The notes beneath the pieces are model-generated. The model saw nothing but the letters and a program-made list of their open reading frames with translations. It was not told the origin of the DNA and did no database searches. A stretch of 60,668 nt of DNA from the NCBI GenBank assembly GCA_043797085.1, contig JAZDQA010000002.1, positions 1-60,668 of the forward strand. The letters run 5' to 3'. The translations under genes were made by a program, and so were the position numbers. Of this stretch, positions 53,165 through 60,668 are shown one piece after another. The DNA is from Pseudomonadota bacterium. Lineage in GTDB: Bacteria > Campylobacterota > Campylobacteria > Campylobacterales > Sulfurimonadaceae. How positions within the stretch are numbered: the first letter of the stretch is position 1; every line of letters begins with the position of its first letter.

Positions 53165-54496
53165 ATGGCGAACATTGGTAGCATGGTATTACAGATGCTT
53201 AAAAATGAAATTAGTGAAGTTGATTACACTCGCTACATAAAACAAATTCATTTTAATGAAGAAGAATCGAAAAGTAACAGTGTTATTTTTACCGCCCCGA
53301 ATCCATTGATTGCCAATTGGATACGAACAAAATACGCTGACAAGATTTCCCATCTTTTTGAAATTAAAACAGGAGTAAAACCTTCTGTTGCTATTAATGT
53401 CAAAACTCTTACTGCAACTTCATCCAATCAATCAGCCCCTGTTTTACCGACTCACACCGATAAAATACCCCAAACCCTTCTCAATCCATCTTATACCTTT
53501 GATAACTTCGTGGTTGGGGGATCCAATAATTTTGCCTACGTTGCCGCAAAAAATGTAAGTGAAAAACCGGGAATTGTTTACAATCCTCTTTTTATCTACG
53601 GCGGTGTTGGATTGGGAAAAACTCACTTGATGCAAGCCGTTGGAAATGTGATGTTAGCGCAGGGTAAAACCGTCATTTATACCTCTGTTGAACAGTTTTT
53701 AAATGATTTTATGCGCCATCTTACCAACAAGACTATGGATCGTTTCAAAGACAAGTACCGTAAATGTGATGTCCTTCTTATCGATGATATTCAATTTTTA
53801 AGCAATAAAAATCAAATTCAAGAAGAATTTTTCCATACGTTTGACGCTCTGCGCAATGAAAACAAGCAAATCATCATAACGTCAGATAAACACCCTAAAA
53901 AGATTGCAGGTCTCGAAGAACGGTTAAAAAGCCGTTTTGAATGGGGACTAGTAGCGGATATTCAGCCTCCTGAACTTGAAACAAAAATTGAAATTATCAA
54001 GAAAAAATGTGAGATCAATCGAGTTAAGCTCGATAAAGAAGTGATTAATTACATTGCAACAATTATCGAAAACAATACGAGAGAAATTGAGGGGATTTTA
54101 TCGAAGCTCAATGCTTATTCTCAACTTATGGGAGTTGATATTAATATCGAATTTACCCGAAACGTTTTGAAAGAACAAATGGCAGAAAAACGACAAAATA
54201 TTACCATTGATACCATCGTAGAAATTGTTTCCAAAGAACTTAATGTCAAATCAACCGAGATTCGTTCAAAAAGTCGTAATAGCGGTATCGTTTATGCACG
54301 TCGTATCGCTATTTATCTCTCTCGTAACCTTACTCCCAATTCTATGCCTCAACTTGCTCATTATTTTGGGATGAAAGATCACACGGCAGTTAGTCATACC
54401 ATGAAAAAAATTCAAGAAATAATGAAAAATGACGAAGATTTTAAAATTAAAGTAGAAGAACTCTCAAATAAAATTTCATCCTTAACCAGTGAATAA
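53165..54496 (+). CDS. dnaA: Chromosomal replication initiator DnaA
   Basis: YNPLFIYGGVGLGKTHL, LLIDDIQF, RLKSRFEWGL, KDHTAV; start MANIGS after SD. Confidence 0.98.
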   Translation: MANIGSMVLQMLKNEISEVDYTRYIKQIHFNEEESKSNSVIFTAPNPLIANWIRTKYADKISHLFEIKTGVKPSVAINVKTLTATSSNQSAPVLPTHTDKIPQTLLNPSYTFDNFVVGGSNNFAYVAAKNVSEKPGIVYNPLFIYGGVGLGKTHLMQAVGNVMLAQGKTVIYTSVEQFLNDFMRHLTNKTMDRFKDKYRKCDVLLIDDIQFLSNKNQIQEEFFHTFDALRNENKQIIITSDKHPKKIAGLEERLKSRFEWGLVADIQPPELETKIEIIKKKCEINRVKLDKEVINYIATIIENNTREIEGILSKLNAYSQLMGVDINIEFTRNVLKEQMAEKRQNITIDTIVEIVSKELNVKSTEIRSKSRNSGIVYARRIAIYLSRNLTPNSMPQLAHYFGMKDHTAVSHTMKKIQEIMKNDEDFKIKVEELSNKISSLTSE

Positions 54497-54672
54497 CATT
54501 TCATTTGTAATGGGGTTTTAAAAAGGCTATAATTCGTATAGGTGAATGAATGTGAATGAAATCGCTTCAGTTAGTCACCCTAATTCACCCCAGTAGTAAG
54601 GGATAGAATGTCCTTTTTCACACATTCACACCCCCTTATTACTACTAATACAATTACTTACTTATAAATAAT
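54488..54672. other. oriC2: DnaA boxes, C-rich patch and DnaA-trio/DUE
   Basis: Reverse boxes AGTGAATAA 54488, GGTGAATGA 54541, TGTGAATGA 54551; ACATTCACA 54622; then CCCCC and trio-like TTATTACTACTAATACAATTACTTAC. Confidence 0.85.
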
Positions 54673-54685
54673 AAGGAGAAACGTT

Positions 54686-55753
54686 ATGAAAATAACCATT
54701 GATAAATCGGTTTTAGAAAACATCTTGCTCCACTTGCAGCCTTTTTTAGAAAAAAAAGATACCTCCCAAATTACCTCTCATATTTGTTTAAGTACCGATG
54801 GACGAGTATTAACTGCAAGAGCTACCGATTATGAAATAGGTCTTAGTCTTCAAACCCATGCTCATACCGTAGAAGAACCCGGATCTATTACAGCTAATGG
54901 TAAAAAATTATTGGATATTATCCGTATATTAAAAGATGAAGAACTGGAACTAGAACTGGTTAAAGATAATCTTCATATTCGTCAAAAACGATCTAACTTT
55001 AAATTGCCTACCTACAAAAGCAGTGAATTCCCCTCTTTCCCTTCCATCGAGGATAAACCTAACATCACGATCAATTCACAACTCTTAATGGAGTCACTTA
55101 AAAAAATTACTCCTGCTGCTGACACCAACAATCCAAAATTTGAACTCAACGGTGCACTTATCGATATCAAAAGCAATCAAATTAACTTTGTTGCTACAGA
55201 TACAAGACGACTAGCACTTGTCCATATCGACAATCAAAATGATGAAGAACTTTCTATTATTGTTCCAAAAAAAGCGATTATAGAAATTCAAAAACTTTTT
55301 CTTGAAAATATTGAAATTTACTATGACAACACGCATCTAGTGATTAAATCTGAAAACTCTCTTTTCTTTACGAAACTTATAAACGGTAAATTTCCTGATT
55401 ACACACGTATTATTCCCAGAGAGTGTGCTCGTACGATTACTCTGCCAAAAGTAGCCATTATCAGCGCTATCAAGCAAATTACGACGATTTCAAATGATTT
55501 GAAACTTACATTTACTCACGATTCAATTTTGTTTGAAAGTTTAAGTGATGATAACATCGAAGCCAAAACAGCGATTGAAATTGATAATGGATTTGATTCA
55601 CCTTTTATTTTAGCTATTAACAGCCGCTATATTTTAGATTTTCTAGGACAAATCACTACCAATGATTTTACCCTCGAAGCCAACGAATCCAATCAGCCTT
55701 TTGTTCTTAAAAGCGATAATTTTAAAACCATCGTAATGCCGATCGTTATTTAA
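54686..55753 (+). CDS. dnaN: DNA polymerase III beta sliding clamp
   Basis: ATDYEIG, VATDTRRL, LINGKFPDY, terminal VMPI; follows dnaA. Confidence 0.98.
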   Translation: MKITIDKSVLENILLHLQPFLEKKDTSQITSHICLSTDGRVLTARATDYEIGLSLQTHAHTVEEPGSITANGKKLLDIIRILKDEELELELVKDNLHIRQKRSNFKLPTYKSSEFPSFPSIEDKPNITINSQLLMESLKKITPAADTNNPKFELNGALIDIKSNQINFVATDTRRLALVHIDNQNDEELSIIVPKKAIIEIQKLFLENIEIYYDNTHLVIKSENSLFFTKLINGKFPDYTRIIPRECARTITLPKVAIISAIKQITTISNDLKLTFTHDSILFESLSDDNIEAKTAIEIDNGFDSPFILAINSRYILDFLGQITTNDFTLEANESNQPFVLKSDNFKTIVMPIVI

Positions 55754-55855
55754 ACGTTAATAGGAACACGTCCCTATTATCTACGTTAACACTGTGTTTT
55801 ACCCGCAGGGGGGCACTTTTCCTTAGGCAGGAAGCCCACATGCAGTAAACCGCAC
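55753..55855. other. Tandem hairpin element in the dnaN-gyrB spacer
   Basis: Hairpin 1 aacgt/taatagg...cctatta/acgtt; hairpin 2 tttac..gca..gggc..ttcct(taggc)aggaa..gccc..tgc..gtaaa. Confidence 0.55.
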
Positions 55856-55935
55856 TAAAAATTCCAGATAAATACTTCTTCCAATTTTCACAAAACTTCC
55901 TTTTTAGATTATTTGCGCTAAAATAAAGCCAATAA

Positions 55936-58275
<2,340 letters not shown>

Positions 58276-58278
58276 CCT

Positions 58279-59676
58279 GTGTCTTTTTATACTGAAGAAA
58301 TAGAACGGTCTCATCGCTTTGTCTTAGCACTGCGGATGGGACTGCCTATCTTCTTGCTCAGTATCGTCTCTATTTTTATTCTTTTTTTACAACCATTGGT
58401 TACTTTTACTTCACTTATTTTTCTTATTGTTCTGTTACTTGCGATTGCCGTCTATTTTATTTTCTTTCTGATTAATCAAAGTGCCTATGAAGCCATTACG
58501 GATTCAATAACACACACCTTTAGTATTGAGTATTTTACAAAACTTTTTTACCGTTGGAGAGTGAGAAATACACTGACCGTTGTAATGATTAGTATTGATA
58601 ATCTTACGATGATCAATGAAAAATACGGTATTAAAAACGGTAATACGGTTTTAGTTGAAACCGTACATCTAATAAATGAATTTTTTGCGTCTAAAGAGAT
58701 AAAAAAACTCCCCGTTTGTCGCTATAAGGGTGGAGATTTTATTGTAGTGTTTAAGGATAAAAAAGAGAAAATTATTCCATTAATCGAACTTTTTTTGGCT
58801 AAATATCAAGAAAATAGTATTAAAGAAATAGAAATACGTCTTTCATCTGTTTTGCTGGATACTGTTCACGTGAAAGATTTTAATGAAATTTTAACCCGTT
58901 TATATGAACTTCAATACGCCTCCTCGGATAAAAAAACGGTCAGTGATGATGATGATATAATGCCGGCTGAACTGGAACAATCAGTTTTAGACGCCTTGAC
59001 TTATCAACGATATTCAATTGCAACACAATCAATTGAGTGTGAAAATAATTTAATGTCTGAGGTAACGGTTAAGCTGGTTAATAATGAGGGTGGACTTATT
59101 CACCAAAGCCGTTTTATTCCTCTTTTAAATCGGTTAGGAAAAATGCGTGAATATGAGAGCCATCTTTTAGAAATTGTGGCAAAAATGGCAGTAGAGTCGC
59201 CGAATTTGTATGTGATTTCGCTCTCTGCAGTTATTCTACGCAATGGGCTGTTCTTTCAGCATGCACTTGAGGTTTTACAGCGTTATCCTGAGGCTAAAAA
59301 CAAAATAATAATTTTATTTGAAGAGAAAGAATATTTTCCGCAAATAAAGCGATTTCGGGAACAAATTGCTCAATATCGTGCCGTTGGATACAAAATAGGA
59401 CTCGATAAATACGGCGGAAATCATATCACTATGATGTATTTAAAAGAATTTCATGTTGATTTTATCCACTTTGATGTTCTCTATACACGCCATATTATGG
59501 AAGAAAAGTATCAAAATATACTCCAAGGATTGAATATTACGGCTCATTTATGCGGTGCAGTGACATGGATCAGCATGATAGAGGATGCTCAATCTGACGG
59601 AATTGCAAAAAGGCTTAAGATTAACTGCCGACAGGGAAATTACCACGGTAAAATAACATTAAAGGAAGTAGAATGA
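58279..59676 (+). CDS. Membrane-anchored degenerate GGDEF-EAL protein
   Basis: Two TMs; INEKYGIKNGN and RYKGGDF (GGDEF-like); SEVTVKL and GLDKYG (EAL-like, degenerate). Confidence 0.8.
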   Translation: MSFYTEEIERSHRFVLALRMGLPIFLLSIVSIFILFLQPLVTFTSLIFLIVLLLAIAVYFIFFLINQSAYEAITDSITHTFSIEYFTKLFYRWRVRNTLTVVMISIDNLTMINEKYGIKNGNTVLVETVHLINEFFASKEIKKLPVCRYKGGDFIVVFKDKKEKIIPLIELFLAKYQENSIKEIEIRLSSVLLDTVHVKDFNEILTRLYELQYASSDKKTVSDDDDIMPAELEQSVLDALTYQRYSIATQSIECENNLMSEVTVKLVNNEGGLIHQSRFIPLLNRLGKMREYESHLLEIVAKMAVESPNLYVISLSAVILRNGLFFQHALEVLQRYPEAKNKIIILFEEKEYFPQIKRFREQIAQYRAVGYKIGLDKYGGNHITMMYLKEFHVDFIHFDVLYTRHIMEEKYQNILQGLNITAHLCGAVTWISMIEDAQSDGIAKRLKINCRQGNYHGKITLKEVE

Positions 59677-60056
59677 AATACGGTGAACAAATAGTAGAAA
59701 ATTTTGACATAGAAAAAGATTTTGAGATCTGGCCCAATATCCACGAGCGTGATTATGTTGTAAAAGTGACATTACCGGAGTTTACGTGTCTTTGCCCTCG
59801 CAGCGGATATCCGGATTTTGCGACGATATATATCGAATATACACCTGATAAATGGGTTGCTGAACTTAAAGCTATCAAACTCTATATTAATTCATTCAGA
59901 AACCGCCATATTTCGCACGAAAACGGTGCAAATGAGATCTACAGCCTATTTGAAGATAAAATCGCTCCTAAGCGCTTAAAAGTCGTTGCAGATTATTATC
60001 CTAGAGGGAATGTTCATACGGTGATTGAGATTGATAGCGAGATGATGGGGAAATAA
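59673..60056 (+). CDS. queF: NADPH-dependent preQ0 reductase
   Basis: PEFTCLCPRSGYPDFA, ELKAIKLY, ISHE, PRG. Confidence 0.96.
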   Translation: MKYGEQIVENFDIEKDFEIWPNIHERDYVVKVTLPEFTCLCPRSGYPDFATIYIEYTPDKWVAELKAIKLYINSFRNRHISHENGANEIYSLFEDKIAPKRLKVVADYYPRGNVHTVIEIDSEMMGK

Positions 60057-60253
60057 AGCTAAAAATATTCTATTCCTCGCGTAAGCGTGCTAGATTGTCC
60101 TTCACATCACATTGCTATTGATGGTTCCTTCGTGTGCGATGACGCGTTTGGATCTACAAAAGTTGTTAAGCGTACGTGTGGCGTGAAAAATTTATTTCAC
60201 CCTAGTAGGTTTTTTAAGCGTGATAATGTCCGATTTATAAGTCGAACCAACTT

Positions 60254-60453
60254 TCATATAAAGTCCACCGTCTTTCCTTTAGTCAGAAAAACATCAAATA
60301 CAGAGCCTTTAGCCGCTACAAACCATAATTGCCCGTTGATATACTTATGGGCAGACATATAGCTATATTTATCCAATATTTCATATTCCCAGTGTTTACC
60401 ACGGTCTAATGTATAGACATGAACATTCGTTCCAAATGATTGACTGCCATAAC
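60254..60453 (-). pseudogene. 3' fragment of an unknown gene interrupted by the IS256-family element
   Basis: Open frame of about 66 codons (..YGSQSFGTNVHVYTLDRGKHWEYEILDKY..) running from the IS terminal repeat, with no own start. Confidence 0.45.
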
Positions 60454-60668
60454 GGGACTGTTCAGAATTCTGTGTCAGCATCTAGCAGTTCCTAAAATTG
60501 TATCATAGATTTAAAGCTTTGTTCAGACGTCCCTCGAAATGGATACTGAGCTGAGAGATCGTCAAGCTCCAGTTTCGGATTGGCATTGTCCATTTTTTCT
60601 GCGCATTTTGAATTCCCATAAAAAGTAATTTCAACAAGCTGTCATCGTTAGGGAAAGCGGCTTTTGTC
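60454..60668 (-). mobile_element. IS256-family insertion sequence, one end (partial)
   Basis: Terminal repeat-like GGGACTGTTCAGAATTCTGTGTCA starting at 60454, just past the transposase stop. Confidence 0.85.
60503..60668 (-). CDS. IS256-family transposase, C-terminal 54 aa (partial)
   Basis: TKAAFPNDDSLLKLLFMGIQNAQKKWTMPIRNWSLTISQLSIHFEGRLNKALNL*, typical IS256 C-terminus; not in the ORF track. Confidence 0.88.
   Translation of the reverse strand, partial: TKAAFPNDDSLLKLLFMGIQNAQKKWTMPIRNWSLTISQLSIHFEGRLNKALNL

Noticed and set aside
58862..58877. CTGTTCACGTGAAAGA as a parS site
   Set aside because: Four mismatches to the consensus; likely chance
60100..60175. GCTTAAC (RYYYAAC) on the minus strand as an integron attC site
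   Set aside because: No matching GTTRRRY end or convincing palindrome, and no integrase in the window

Overview
Chromosomal window from a Campylobacterota (epsilonproteobacterium). Gene order suggests a free-living Sulfuricurvum/Sulfurimonas-like organism (inference). It spans the replication origin (ruvC-dnaA-dnaN-gyrB), with DnaA-box clusters on both sides of dnaA, a third cluster beyond ruvC, and a perfect parS inside an RluA gene. The left 12 kb is a type I secretion/giant-adhesin locus: the 5' part of a Calx-beta adhesin missed by the ORF track, a LuxR regulator, HlyD, an ABC ATPase, an OmpA protein and a TolC-OmpA fusion, beside an OmpR-type two-component pair. The middle is mostly housekeeping (pyrG, recJ, rnc, aroC, nifSU, fliI, folE, tig, clpP, def, nrdAB, pcm, purB) with a PIN-PhoH/HDOD/RR/kinase block. 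The right edge holds the end of an IS256-family element that interrupts an unknown gene. The most notable unexplained signals are a perfect 31-bp inverted repeat built of 11-bp-periodic motifs in the T1SS/regulator promoter, the third origin-like DnaA-box cluster, a 21-codon remnant where rnhA normally sits, two structured intergenic elements, and a pho-box-like array before an OlsF-like gene. No rRNA, tRNA or CRISPR array was seen. All family assignments come from motif recognition, not database searches.
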